DNA of 63,970 nt, counting the filler, from Myxococcota bacterium (lineage in GTDB: Bacteria > Myxococcota > Myxococcia > Myxococcales > Myxococcaceae): NCBI GenBank assembly GCA_049322255.1. It is 3 parts of 3 records of this genome, joined end to end, with 100 filler letters (N's around TTAATTAATTAA, not from the genome) between each part and the next. Parts side by side here need not be neighbours in the genome. Positions count along the whole stretch, not along the records: positions 31,064 to 61,731 come from JBMORE010000039.1; 2 more parts are not named here. The stretch is one strand, 5' to 3'. Within the stretch, counting starts at the first letter, position 1. Each line of letters starts with the position of its first letter. Made by a program: the position numbers and the translations under genes. The notes under the pieces are model-generated. The model was not told where the DNA came from and ran no database searches. It saw nothing but the letters and a program-made list of their open reading frames with translations. This document shows positions 48,987 through 57,976 of this stretch, piece by piece.

Positions 48987-49970
48987 TCATGGTGTGGCCA
49001 CCTCGGCAGGGCCCGCCGGCTTGCCGCTCGCCGCGAGCAGCGCCTGCTCGTTCACGCGCACCCGAGCCTTTTGTTCGAGCGCGCGCACGTACTCCGCCTG
49101 AGCGGCGGCGCGCTTGTCGGCCAAGAGTCGCTCCTCCACTTGGCGGCGCACCTCGGAGAGCTCGCGCTTTCGCTCCGGCCGCTTCTCCATCACCTTGAAG
49201 AGGTGGAAGCCGTATTCGGTGTCCACCACCTCGGAAACCTGATTCACCGACAACCGGAACACCACCTCGTCGAAGCCCGGAGGCATCACCCCGCGGGAAA
49301 ACCACCCCAAATCGCCACCCACCTTGGCGTCGGGGGAGAGGGAGTAGCGTCGTGCCAAGTCGGAAAACTTCTTGCCCGCCCGCAGCTGCGCCTGCACCCG
49401 TTTGGCCTCGTCGAGCTCCTTGACCACGATTTGCGCCGCTCGCACCGTCTCGGGCTCGGTGTACGCCTCGCTGTTCTTCTCGTAGTGCTGGCGAATCTCC
49501 TCCTCGGTGACCGCCACCCGCGGGTAGACGTGCTCGGCGAAGAGCTTCTCGATGGCGATGAGCTCGCTCGTTTGGCGCTTGAGCTCGGCCAAGGGGGTCT
49601 GTCCTTGCGCCAGCACCTCATCGAAGCCCTCGGCGGGGAAGTCGGCCGACAGGCGCAATACCCTCCGGTCGACCTCTTCGGGGGGCACCTCGACGTTCGC
49701 TGCCTTGGCAGCCTGGAGGAGGAGCGTGCGCTCGAGGAGCGTGCGCAACAGGGCGCGCTTGAGCGGCTCGAGCTGCGCAGGGGGACGGGCTCCGCCCAGC
49801 TCCAAGGTGGTGAGCTCGCGGGAGAGCTCGCGCTCGAAGTCCACCCGGGAGATGACCTCTCCGTTCACGGTGGCCACCACGCGGGGGTCGTCCTTGGGCC
49901 CGTCCTCTTTGGGGCAACCGAAGAGGGCGAGCACTCCGACGGCGGCGAAAGCGGGCCAAAGTGGGCGCAT
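48987..49970 (-). CDS. Parvulin-type peptidylprolyl isomerase lipoprotein
   Basis: LFGC lipobox; VATVNG, GGDLGWF, YGFHLFKV. Confidence 0.88.
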   Translation of the reverse strand: MRPLWPAFAAVGVLALFGCPKEDGPKDDPRVVATVNGEVISRVDFERELSRELTTLELGGARPPAQLEPLKRALLRTLLERTLLLQAAKAANVEVPPEEVDRRVLRLSADFPAEGFDEVLAQGQTPLAELKRQTSELIAIEKLFAEHVYPRVAVTEEEIRQHYEKNSEAYTEPETVRAAQIVVKELDEAKRVQAQLRAGKKFSDLARRYSLSPDAKVGGDLGWFSRGVMPPGFDEVVFRLSVNQVSEVVDTEYGFHLFKVMEKRPERKRELSEVRRQVEERLLADKRAAAQAEYVRALEQKARVRVNEQALLAASGKPAGPAEVATP

Positions 49971-50974
49971 CACGGGCGGGCTGCGGCGGTAGGGGGCGGA
50001 GCGAAGCCCGGGGTGGGGCCCTTGGGCTCGAGCGCGGGGGCCTTGAGGTCGAGGGTCACCTTGCCCAGCGCCTCCTCGTGGACTTCGTAGGCCTGCGAGG
50101 TTTTGAGCCCGTCGAGCAGCTTCTGGTAGGCGGCCATCTTCTGCTCGTGGATGAGGATGTTCTGAATCTGCGGCTTGACTTGGTCGAGCGTCAGGTTGAG
50201 TGCGGCCTGCCGCCCCTGCAGCTTGAGGACGTGGAAGCCGGCGTCGGTTTCCACCACCTCGTCGTGCACCTGGCCGGTCTGGGTGAGCTTCTTGGCCGCC
50301 TCGGCCACCGGGGCCCCGTACTCCTTGGCGAGCTCTTCTTCCGACAGGTAGCGCATGTCGCCGTCCAGCGGCTTGGTGCGCGTCTCCTCGGAGAATTCGC
50401 GCACCAGCTTGGTGAAGCCCTGGTAGTCGAGCGGCTGCAGCGCGCGGGCCTGGGCGAGCGCCTCCTGCGCCTTCTTCCGCCCCTCCTCGCGTCGAGGGGA
50501 GCCTTGGGCCGCCGCGAAGAAGACGTGGGAGAGGCGAATCATCTGGGGCTTCACGTAGTCGCTTTTGCGCTTCTGGTAGTACTCGGTGACGGCGGTGTCG
50601 GGCACTGGGAGCGGGCGCTCCTCCAGCTCTTTTTTGAGCAGCACCTGCACCATCATCTTTTTGGTTTGCTCCACCACCTCCGGGTGGTTGGCCAGGCCGC
50701 GGCGGGCTGCTTCCGCGGCGAGCAGCTCGAAGCGAGCCATGCCGTCGACGTATTCCTTCTTCTCCTCCACCGTCTGGTAGCGGGCGCGGGCGTAGGGGCT
50801 CATCTCGGCGAAGCGTTGGGTGAGCTCCTCTGCGGTGAGGGAGTCGTTGCCGAAGGTGGCGACAGGAGTGCCGCGGCCGTCGCGGTTGTGGCGCAAATCG
50901 ACGACGGCGTGGCCCGGCTTTTCCTGCTGGCAGGCAAGGAGGAGGAGGGGAAGCATGGCGAAGCGGCGGATCAT
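49970..50974 (-). CDS. Parvulin-type peptidylprolyl isomerase lipoprotein
   Basis: LLAC lipobox; LSHVF, GDMRY, GFHVLKL. Confidence 0.85.
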   Translation of the reverse strand: MIRRFAMLPLLLLACQQEKPGHAVVDLRHNRDGRGTPVATFGNDSLTAEELTQRFAEMSPYARARYQTVEEKKEYVDGMARFELLAAEAARRGLANHPEVVEQTKKMMVQVLLKKELEERPLPVPDTAVTEYYQKRKSDYVKPQMIRLSHVFFAAAQGSPRREEGRKKAQEALAQARALQPLDYQGFTKLVREFSEETRTKPLDGDMRYLSEEELAKEYGAPVAEAAKKLTQTGQVHDEVVETDAGFHVLKLQGRQAALNLTLDQVKPQIQNILIHEQKMAAYQKLLDGLKTSQAYEVHEEALGKVTLDLKAPALEPKGPTPGFAPPPTAAARP

Positions 50975-51165
50975 GGCGCCGCATGGCTAGCACGTCGGGA
51001 GCCGGTTTTCGACCCAAGGGCTGCGAACGCCCGCGCTCCTGCACGTCTGACGACTGTTCGCAGCGCATAGACAACCACACCTGTCCCAGTTGATAAGTCC
51101 TTTTTTTTCCGTGGTTTGTTTCCCAAGCGACAGACGACAGTCACATCCTTCCTTTGGAGTCTCCC

Positions 51166-52242
51166 GTGAAAGAAACAGATCTGCGCCGTCGTGCCGAACA
51201 GGCCAGCCGTTCGCCGACCCCGTTCTGGGGCTGGGTATTGGTGGCTTTGGCATGGTTGTCGATTCCAACCTGTGCGGGTGCGATGAAGGACGGCGACGAG
51301 AGCTTCATCGTGCTCGCGCTTCTATTGTGGGGTGCAGGAATCCTCGGTGGCGTAGTCTTACTGATTGGCGCGGCATTCATGCGCAGCGGTCTTCAGGGGC
51401 TGCTGGCGCTACTCGGCTCGGCCGTTGGTTTCCTCGCGGCCATGGCAAACTTTAGTTACACCCGCGGACGTCCTCTCCGACGCGGCCTAAAGGTGTTGCT
51501 TCCCGAGGTGGCAGAGGGGTGCGGTCGGAGCTTCATGATGGCTCCATCGCTTGACGGCCTCTCCCCTGAAGCTCGGCGTGCCCTGGCGGAGGAGTGGCTC
51601 GCCGACGCGCGCATGGAGCATGCATCGGTACCATCCTTTGCGCAGATGTCGATGACCCTGACCGCCCTCGCTGCGCCTCCGGAGTTGGTCGTCGGCGCCC
51701 ATCGCGCAGCTCTCGAGGAAGTCGACCATGCACAGCGTTGCTTTGCGCTCGCCGCCGCCTACTCCGGCACACCCCTCACTGCCGGTCCTCTTCCGGAGCT
51801 GCTTCACCCCACTTTCGGCGAAACCGCGGACAAGGCGCTGCTTCGCCTAACGGGTGAAGCGCTTCGTGATGGCATCCTCCTCGAAGGATTCGCAGCGAGG
51901 GTAGCGGCGGAGTGCGCTCGCGTGACGAAGGATGCCACGGTGAAGGCGACGCTCGAGGTCATGGCCCGCGACGAGGCCTCTCACGCTGCGTTCTCCCTCG
52001 ACGTCCTCGAGTGGTGTCTTGCTCGTGGCGGCTCCGCGCTGGCTGTGAAGTTGCGTGAGTTTTTGGCGCACCTGCCCACGCCGATCTCGACCGCGCGATG
52101 GGTTCCAGGGACGGCGGTGGCCATGGAGGCGCATGGGCGGATGAGCCCATCGCGGCAGGCGGTGCTCTTCGCGGACATTCGCGGCGAGGTGATTCGCGTC
52201 GTCAATGAGCTGGTGGACGCTCGCCTCCGGAAAGCGGCGTGA
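51166..52242 (+). CDS. Membrane-anchored ferritin-like (diiron) domain protein
   Basis: About three N-terminal TM segments; MEHASVPSF, EEVDH, DEASH (ExxH pairs). Confidence 0.78.
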   Translation: MKETDLRRRAEQASRSPTPFWGWVLVALAWLSIPTCAGAMKDGDESFIVLALLLWGAGILGGVVLLIGAAFMRSGLQGLLALLGSAVGFLAAMANFSYTRGRPLRRGLKVLLPEVAEGCGRSFMMAPSLDGLSPEARRALAEEWLADARMEHASVPSFAQMSMTLTALAAPPELVVGAHRAALEEVDHAQRCFALAAAYSGTPLTAGPLPELLHPTFGETADKALLRLTGEALRDGILLEGFAARVAAECARVTKDATVKATLEVMARDEASHAAFSLDVLEWCLARGGSALAVKLREFLAHLPTPISTARWVPGTAVAMEAHGRMSPSRQAVLFADIRGEVIRVVNELVDARLRKAA

Positions 52243-53294
52243 GCCGAGTCATCCCCATCGCGTTCGGCTGCGCCAGTGCCATGGTTCTGGCCTGTGCTCG
52301 TCCGTCGGAACCGGCACGTGCCACGAAAGTCGGCCCGACGCGCGCCCTCGCAGAGTGGGAGCCTGCCCGAGGTCTTCTCATGACGTGGCCAACCGGGCCG
52401 GCGGCACGCAGCCAAGCGGGAGGTGCGGCGAAGGAGGTACTTGCGACGCTCTTACGCGAGTTCGTACCGACCACAGAGCGCCTCACAGTTTTCGCCGGCT
52501 CCAGCACGGAGAGCATGCATCGGGAGCTGTCCGAACGGGGAGTGGCTCCCGAACGGGTTGATTTGGTGGCGCTGGACACCACCCACTTCTGGCTACGGGA
52601 CTTCGGGCCGCTCTTCGCGGTCGGAGCCGAAGGTCTTTTCGTTGTCGACGGCCGGTTCACTCGCTACGGGCGTCCTTTCGGTTTTGGCGACGACGAGCTG
52701 CCGTCCCTTTGGGCGGCACGCCGCGGATTGCCAATGCGGCGCACTACTCTTGTCTTTGACGGAGGTAGCATCGACGTGGACGGCCAGGGCACCGCGCTCG
52801 TCTCCGACCAACTTTTTCGCCGAAACTCGGGCTGGAGCGAAGCCCAAGTCCGGAACGAGCTGGAGCAACTCCTGGGTGTGACGCGCCCGCTGGTTGTCCC
52901 CACCCTGGAGGAGGACCGTAACGGCCATGTGGACATGGTGGCCAAGTTCCTCGCTCCCGGGCGAGTCCTCGTTGGCGAATATCCACCGGGTACCCACAGG
53001 CAGGCGTGGGCCGACCAACTGGCCTTCAGACTTTCTGCCGAACATGACGCGCGCGGAGCGCAGTTGGAGGTAGTGAGGGTGCCATTCCCGAAGGGACGCT
53101 GGCAGAACTACGCGAATGCCCTCGTCCACAACGACCGCGTGTTTGTTCCCAGCTACGGGGTTTCGGAGGACTCGTCAGCCCGGCGCGTCTTCGAACGGGC
53201 TTACCCCGGCAGGAGGGTCGTCTCCATTCGAAGCGATGCGGTCATCGAAAGCGGCGGAGCAGTGCACTGTCTGGCGATGAATGACCCCTTTTAA
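52239..53294 (+). CDS. Agmatine/peptidylarginine deiminase family, putative lipoprotein
   Basis: AEWEP, WLRDFGP, DGQGT, GHVD, YAN, GGAVHC; signal ending VLAC. Confidence 0.88.
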   Translation: MSRVIPIAFGCASAMVLACARPSEPARATKVGPTRALAEWEPARGLLMTWPTGPAARSQAGGAAKEVLATLLREFVPTTERLTVFAGSSTESMHRELSERGVAPERVDLVALDTTHFWLRDFGPLFAVGAEGLFVVDGRFTRYGRPFGFGDDELPSLWAARRGLPMRRTTLVFDGGSIDVDGQGTALVSDQLFRRNSGWSEAQVRNELEQLLGVTRPLVVPTLEEDRNGHVDMVAKFLAPGRVLVGEYPPGTHRQAWADQLAFRLSAEHDARGAQLEVVRVPFPKGRWQNYANALVHNDRVFVPSYGVSEDSSARRVFERAYPGRRVVSIRSDAVIESGGAVHCLAMNDPF

Positions 53295-53369
53295 TGGGGC
53301 TGACATTCCCCCAAGCGGAGGTCGTGCGGCTGGTGGGAAGCGTGGTGGGGAAGCGCCCGCCCACGACCA

Positions 53370-53945
53370 TCACTTCTTCTCGGGCGACTCGAGCCACAAG
53401 GCGGAGAGGTCGAGCTCGACGGCCTCAAACGGCTCGGCCCGCGCCCGGTCCTCTCCGCTGAAGGCGTAGAGCAGGACCCACCGCTTGTCCTCCAGCCGGA
53501 AGACCTCGAGTGTCTGGAGACCCGGGTCGACGACCCAGGCATGGCGAACTCCGGTACGCGCGTAGGTGGGAAGCTTGCGCACCAAATCGATTTTGGCGGT
53601 CGAAGGAGAGAGCACCTCGCAAATCCAGTCGGGCGCGAGGGTGAAATGCGGAACGTCGGGGATCTCCGGCATCCGCTCTCGCCTCCAGCCCCCCAGATCG
53701 GGCACGAGGACGTCCTCGCCCATGTGGAGCTCGGGTTCGTCGATGATCCACCATCCTCCGGGCCCGCCGCGCCCTCGCTGGAAGGGGCCACCGAGGTCCA
53801 TCCCCAGCACGGAGGCCACCTTGGCGTGCCGCGCGGCAGGACGCGGGGAGACGGAGAGCTCCCCGGCGATGATTTCGCCCACCACATTCTCCGGTAGCTC
53901 CAGGATGTCCTGGTAGGTGGCCGGCTTCTTGGAGAAGGCCCGCAT
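53370..53945 (-). CDS. Uma2 (DUF820) family endonuclease
   Basis: GGPGGWWIIDEPE, VPDLGGW, PDWICEVLSPST, WVVDP. Confidence 0.92.
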   Translation of the reverse strand: MRAFSKKPATYQDILELPENVVGEIIAGELSVSPRPAARHAKVASVLGMDLGGPFQRGRGGPGGWWIIDEPELHMGEDVLVPDLGGWRRERMPEIPDVPHFTLAPDWICEVLSPSTAKIDLVRKLPTYARTGVRHAWVVDPGLQTLEVFRLEDKRWVLLYAFSGEDRARAEPFEAVELDLSALWLESPEKK

Positions 53946-54014
53946 GACGAATGGCTTGCAGGAGCTTAGTCACGCCCTCTTGAGCTTGGCCATCGGGCCA
54001 CGCCTACTCGATTC

Positions 54015-55061
54015 CTACACCTGTCCCAACAGAGCTGGGGTGGAGTGGGTGGAAAGAAACTCCTCCACCAGCGGGAAGAGCTCTTCGGGTGCATGCCGGC
54101 CGAGCACCAGGTCTCCGTGCCCGTAGTCGCGGGCGAAGCCGCCGTCGAGACCGGCGAGGACGTAACGGGTGGGCGCGCTGACCAGGCCGGTCACCGGGGA
54201 CACCGTGGCGGGAGGAGCGAGCAAGTCCTTGGCGCCAGCGATGGCCAAGAGCGGCAGCCGCAACCGGTGCAGGTGCGCCCGGTAGTCGAAGCTACCGTCG
54301 TTGGTGTCGAAGCGGCCGGTGCGAATCCACCGCGCGAACTGCCGGCCCACGCCGCCGGCGACGTCCGCCGAGACGTTGGCGATGGCGCGCTTGACCACCT
54401 CGGGGTCCATGTTCTCCTCCCGCGCCAGGTATGGCCCCAAGGGCGCGGGGGGCATACCGAAGCGGGCCGCCGCGCGCGCCAGGCTGGCCACGGGAATCAC
54501 CGAGAGCGCCAGCGCCGGGCCCATCTTGGCCATGAAGCGGCGCAGCGGCGCGTGCGTCTCGAAGCTCACCGGGCTTCCCACCGTGCACAGCGCCTTCACC
54601 GGCGCCAGCGGGTTTTTCGCCAGGTGCGCGTACATGAGCAGCCCGCCCTTGGAGTGCCCCACCCAGGTGACGGCCTTCGCTCCGGTGGAAAGCACCGTAC
54701 GCAGCGCCGCGGCGACGTCGTGCTCCGCCTGCTCGTCGAAGGTGGTGTCGCGCGCAGGCCCGGCCAGCCCTCGGCCGCGCAGCTCGAGCACCCAGGTCTC
54801 GAAACCTCGCCGGGCGAGATGGCGAGCGAGCGAGTGTCGCTCATCGAAGTCGAAGCTGAAGCGGTTGGCGCCCAGGCCGTGGCAGAGCACCACCGGCTCG
54901 GCGAAGCGCCGATGAACCCGGGGGCGGTAGCGCCCCAGGGCGATGGATGCTCCGTCGCTGGTGGGTGCGCGGTAGAGCTCGTCGGGCTTGAAGGGAAGGG
55001 TCAACCCGAACGACGCCCACCGCGCCGCGCGTTCGATGGCGGTGGCAACCACGAAACTCAT
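54015..55061 (-). CDS. Alpha/beta hydrolase (PHA synthase/lipase-like)
   Basis: LCHGL, ELRGRG, GHSKGG nucleophile motif, YGHGDL. Confidence 0.85.
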   Translation of the reverse strand: MSFVVATAIERAARWASFGLTLPFKPDELYRAPTSDGASIALGRYRPRVHRRFAEPVVLCHGLGANRFSFDFDERHSLARHLARRGFETWVLELRGRGLAGPARDTTFDEQAEHDVAAALRTVLSTGAKAVTWVGHSKGGLLMYAHLAKNPLAPVKALCTVGSPVSFETHAPLRRFMAKMGPALALSVIPVASLARAAARFGMPPAPLGPYLAREENMDPEVVKRAIANVSADVAGGVGRQFARWIRTGRFDTNDGSFDYRAHLHRLRLPLLAIAGAKDLLAPPATVSPVTGLVSAPTRYVLAGLDGGFARDYGHGDLVLGRHAPEELFPLVEEFLSTHSTPALLGQV

Positions 55062-55163
55062 GTTAGCCCCGGCAGCCGGGTTCCTACAGCGGGTGGATTC
55101 CTGCGAAGCAGCCGCCCGGTTGCTCTCTCGAGCTCAAAGGGAGCGCGGTACAGTCGGGGGTGC

Positions 55164-55448
55164 GTGAGCCAATGGCTGGTGTACATGCTGCGGTGCAAGG
55201 ACGGCTCCCTCTATACCGGAGTGACCAACGATTTGCCGCGGCGGCTTTTGCGGCACCGCGCAGGGAAGGGGGCGGCTTACACCCGCTCGCGCTTACCGGT
55301 ACGGGTGGTGTACCACGAGCCAGCGAAAGACAAGGGCGCCGCGCTTCGGCGTGAGGCGGCCATCAAGCGGCTCCCCCGCGCGCAGAAGAAGCTGCTCTTG
55401 AGTCGGCGCCCCCCGCCCCCGCCCTCTCCCAGAGGGAAGGGGGGTTAG
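55164..55448 (+). CDS. GIY-YIG nuclease (YazA/UPF0213)
   Basis: VYMLRCKDGSLYTGVTNDL, GAAYTR, REAAIK. Confidence 0.92.
   Translation: MSQWLVYMLRCKDGSLYTGVTNDLPRRLLRHRAGKGAAYTRSRLPVRVVYHEPAKDKGAALRREAAIKRLPRAQKKLLLSRRPPPPPSPRGKGG
55409..55444. repeat. REP-like palindromic repeat, copy 3 (opposite orientation, degenerate)
   Basis: CCCCCCGCCCCCGCCCTCTCCCAGAGGGAAGGGGGG. Confidence 0.65.
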
Positions 55449-55648
55449 CGGCAGCGGCGCCGGCAGGAGGAGGCCACCGCCGCGCCCAGACAAGTGTGAC
55501 ACGAGTGTGAATTGTTTGCGCAGCCCCACGTCGTTGGCACCAGGGCAGGGGGCGTCGCTGGCCGCGCAAACCATGGAGAATCAAAGAATTGGCAACGGGC
55601 ACAAGGTGTGATTCGGATCAGGCCGTGAACCCTTACCGAGGCAGTCGG

Positions 55649-55756
55649 ATGCACGCCATCACCCGACATGTCCTTACTTCTCCGTTGGCGCTGTTGGGCA
55701 TGTCCCTGGCTGCGGGCTCGCTGGTGGCGGGGCTGTTGTCCCTGGCTTTCGGATGA
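55649..55756 (+). CDS. Putative 35-aa single-TM microprotein
   Basis: MHAITRHVLTSPLALLGMSLAAGSLVAGLLSLAFG; GAGG SD; ATGA overlap with the next gene. Confidence 0.45.
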   Translation: MHAITRHVLTSPLALLGMSLAAGSLVAGLLSLAFG

Positions 55757-55995
55757 CGGTGCTCGGCCTTTTGCTTCAGTTGCTCTCGGTGGCGTGCTTC
55801 GTCTTCGTGTTGCTTCACGCCTTCCAGCGCAGCGTGGGGGCGGGGTTCATGGTGCTCTTGATTCCCTTCTTCAACGTCTATTACGGCTTCGCGCAGTTCG
55901 AGCACCCCAAGAAGGGGCTCATTCTCGCCGGGTGGCTGGGGCTGTTCGTGGTGGGCACGGTGCTCCGCGTGCTGGCTCTGCAGACAGGGGCGTAG
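55753..55995 (+). CDS. Small membrane protein (3 TM)
   Basis: Hydrophobic 80 aa; HAFQRSVGAGFMVLLIPFF. Confidence 0.75.
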   Translation: MTVLGLLLQLLSVACFVFVLLHAFQRSVGAGFMVLLIPFFNVYYGFAQFEHPKKGLILAGWLGLFVVGTVLRVLALQTGA

Positions 55996-56024
55996 AGGTG
56001 GCCGGCCATGGAAACCTGGTGAGC

Positions 56025-56549
56025 TCAGCTTCCTGCGACGATGCGTTCCACCGCCCGGCGAAAACTTTTCGGGTCGAGCGACGGGTACCGATAGAGCAGC
56101 GGCTCAATGGCCTCGTAGAGCTCGAGCAGCTTCGTTCGTTCGATGAGCCCCAGTCGAAGCAACGCCTCGACGTCCTCCGCGTCTTTGGCGTGGCCGCGTT
56201 CGATTTTGGAGAGCGCTTGCGCATAAAGGTCATAGTGATGAAAGAAAAGTCGGCCCTCTCGGGCGATGAACGGGCTGCGCTCCTCCCAACCTGGCAGCGC
56301 GGGGATGAATTGGTCGGGCGCGGCGAGCTCGACGTTGAGCTTTAGCGACTCCTTGAGTCGGGGAATGGCGCGGAGCAGCTCGTCTTGATCCGGCACCAGC
56401 TTGAGGTCCACGTCCACCGTGGAAGATCGCCAGCCCTTCAGAACGGCGGTGGTGCCGCCAGTCAGGTAGACGCGTCCCTCGTGCTTGGCGACCAGGCCCA
56501 GCTCGCGCATGAAGCGGCAGATCCGCTCGGCGTCGGCTAGCTCGCGCAC
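56025..56549 (-). CDS. DUF6036-like nucleotidyltransferase (putative toxin)
   Basis: YLTGGTTAVL, STVDVDL, LSKIERG, KD..D. Confidence 0.8.
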   Translation of the reverse strand: MRELADAERICRFMRELGLVAKHEGRVYLTGGTTAVLKGWRSSTVDVDLKLVPDQDELLRAIPRLKESLKLNVELAAPDQFIPALPGWEERSPFIAREGRLFFHHYDLYAQALSKIERGHAKDAEDVEALLRLGLIERTKLLELYEAIEPLLYRYPSLDPKSFRRAVERIVAGS

Positions 56550-56815
56550 TCGGCCGCCCGCTCGTAGCTCACCAGCCGCCGGATGAGCGCGTTGTACCGC
56601 CCATGCGCGGCGTCGGAGTCGTCGGCCGCGAGCAAAAGATAGAGGCGGTGCTCGGCGTCGGCGATGGGTGTGGGTACTGCCAGCCCGAGGCGGCGAAGCC
56701 GGGGGGCTCCGATGGAAACCAGGAGGGCGGGAATCGTCTCCTCACCGCACGCGAGGTCGGCCAAACCCTGCACCACCAGCTCTTCTCCGGGGAGCGCTTC
56801 CATGGAGGAAATCAT
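56537..56815 (-). CDS. Small protein, partner of the DUF6036 NTase
   Basis: LPGEELVVQGLADL...YNALIRRLVSYERA; ATGA overlap with the queE stop and overlap with the NTase start. Confidence 0.72.
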   Translation of the reverse strand: MISSMEALPGEELVVQGLADLACGEETIPALLVSIGAPRLRRLGLAVPTPIADAEHRLYLLLAADDSDAAHGRYNALIRRLVSYERAAECAS

Positions 56816-57504
56816 ACGCCCCGAGCCTGGGGGTCCCACACGACCTTGTGCTGCTGCAGTTGAAAACGCACCGGCAGCCGGTCGGCGATGATCCACTCGG
56901 CCAGCGAGCGCGGCGGCAGGGCCCCGAACACCGTCGAGAAGAGAAGCCCAAAGGGGCGCGCGGCCAGGTGGCGCTCTTCCACCACCGCCTTGCTCCACTG
57001 GTAGTCCTCTCGCGAGCCGATGACGAACTTGAGCTCGTCGTGCTCGCCCATCGAGTCCAACACCCGCCAGTCGTTGCGGTCGTGCTCGCCGGAGGAAGGG
57101 GTCTTCAAATCCACAATCTTCCGTACCGCTGGCGGCACCAGGCGCACATCGATTGCCCCCGAGGTCTCCAGGAGCACCGTCAGCCGGGCGGCGAGGAGCG
57201 CCTCCATCAGCGGGTACACCCCGGGCTGCAAAAGCGGCTCGCCTCCGGTCACTTCCACCAACGGCGCCTGGAGCGCCTTCACCCGCTCGACCACCTCCGC
57301 GACGCGCAACCGCTCGCCTCCTCGGAAAGCGAACGCGCTGTCGCAGTAGGTGCAACGCAGATGGCACCCGGTCAGACGCACGAAAGCGCACAGCTTTCCC
57401 TGGTGGGAAGACTCACCTTGTAAGGAGAGGTAAATCTCCTTCACCACCACCGAACGGGCATCGGGGCGCCGGCGGGGCTCGATGTGGGGACGGGCAGCGA
57501 GCAT
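56812..57504 (-). CDS. queE: 7-carboxy-7-deazaguanine synthase (radical SAM)
   Basis: SLQGES, FVRLTGCHLRCTYCD, TGGEPLLQ, ETSG, QLQQHK. Confidence 0.92.
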   Translation of the reverse strand: MLAARPHIEPRRRPDARSVVVKEIYLSLQGESSHQGKLCAFVRLTGCHLRCTYCDSAFAFRGGERLRVAEVVERVKALQAPLVEVTGGEPLLQPGVYPLMEALLAARLTVLLETSGAIDVRLVPPAVRKIVDLKTPSSGEHDRNDWRVLDSMGEHDELKFVIGSREDYQWSKAVVEERHLAARPFGLLFSTVFGALPPRSLAEWIIADRLPVRFQLQQHKVVWDPQARGV

Positions 57505-57516
57505 CGGAGAGAGGCT

Positions 57517-57910
57517 CTAACAGGTTCTTGGGCTTGGGGGCGGGTCGTCAAGGTCGCCCGGACGAGAGGGGCTACGATGGACGGCACCGGCTCGTCGAGC
57601 ATGCTCGTACCTCTTCGTGACGCTGCCCTCGAGCTCGACGCCCACGGCCGCATACGCGACGCGCACCAGCCCGGTGCAGTCATCGGGGACGCCTGCATCG
57701 ACTGCGCAGCGACGCGCAACCGACCCATCTCGCCGCAGCCGCAGCCACGAGCTCGCCGACAGACAGACGCTGCGCCGGGGCCTCAACAGCATCCGCCCAC
57801 ACGTCAGAACTTGGCTCAGGAGGGCGGGGCTGCAGATCACTCCGGGCCGCCGTGTTGGCCGCTGCGCACGCGAGCTGCAAACAAGCCAGTGGAGCGACGG
57901 CCGCGCGCAT
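57517..57910 (-). pseudogene. Degraded NlpC/P60/CHAP-like lipoprotein gene
   Basis: Lipoprotein start (LQLAC) in one frame, DDCTGLVRVAY...PGDL in another (shift near 57703), then truncated. Confidence 0.6.
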
Positions 57911-57976
57911 CGAACCACCATACGCCACGGGCTGCTTGGGTATTCACGCGCACCTTTGCGCCAGGTGTGCGTCAAG

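Noticed and set aside
55534..55612. TGGCAC/GGGCAC sites as sigma54 promoters
   Set aside because: No GC at the -12 position with correct spacing
56812..57504. queE as part of a Dpd DNA-modification defence island
   Set aside because: No dpdA/tgt, queC, queD or folE nearby; most simply a housekeeping queE
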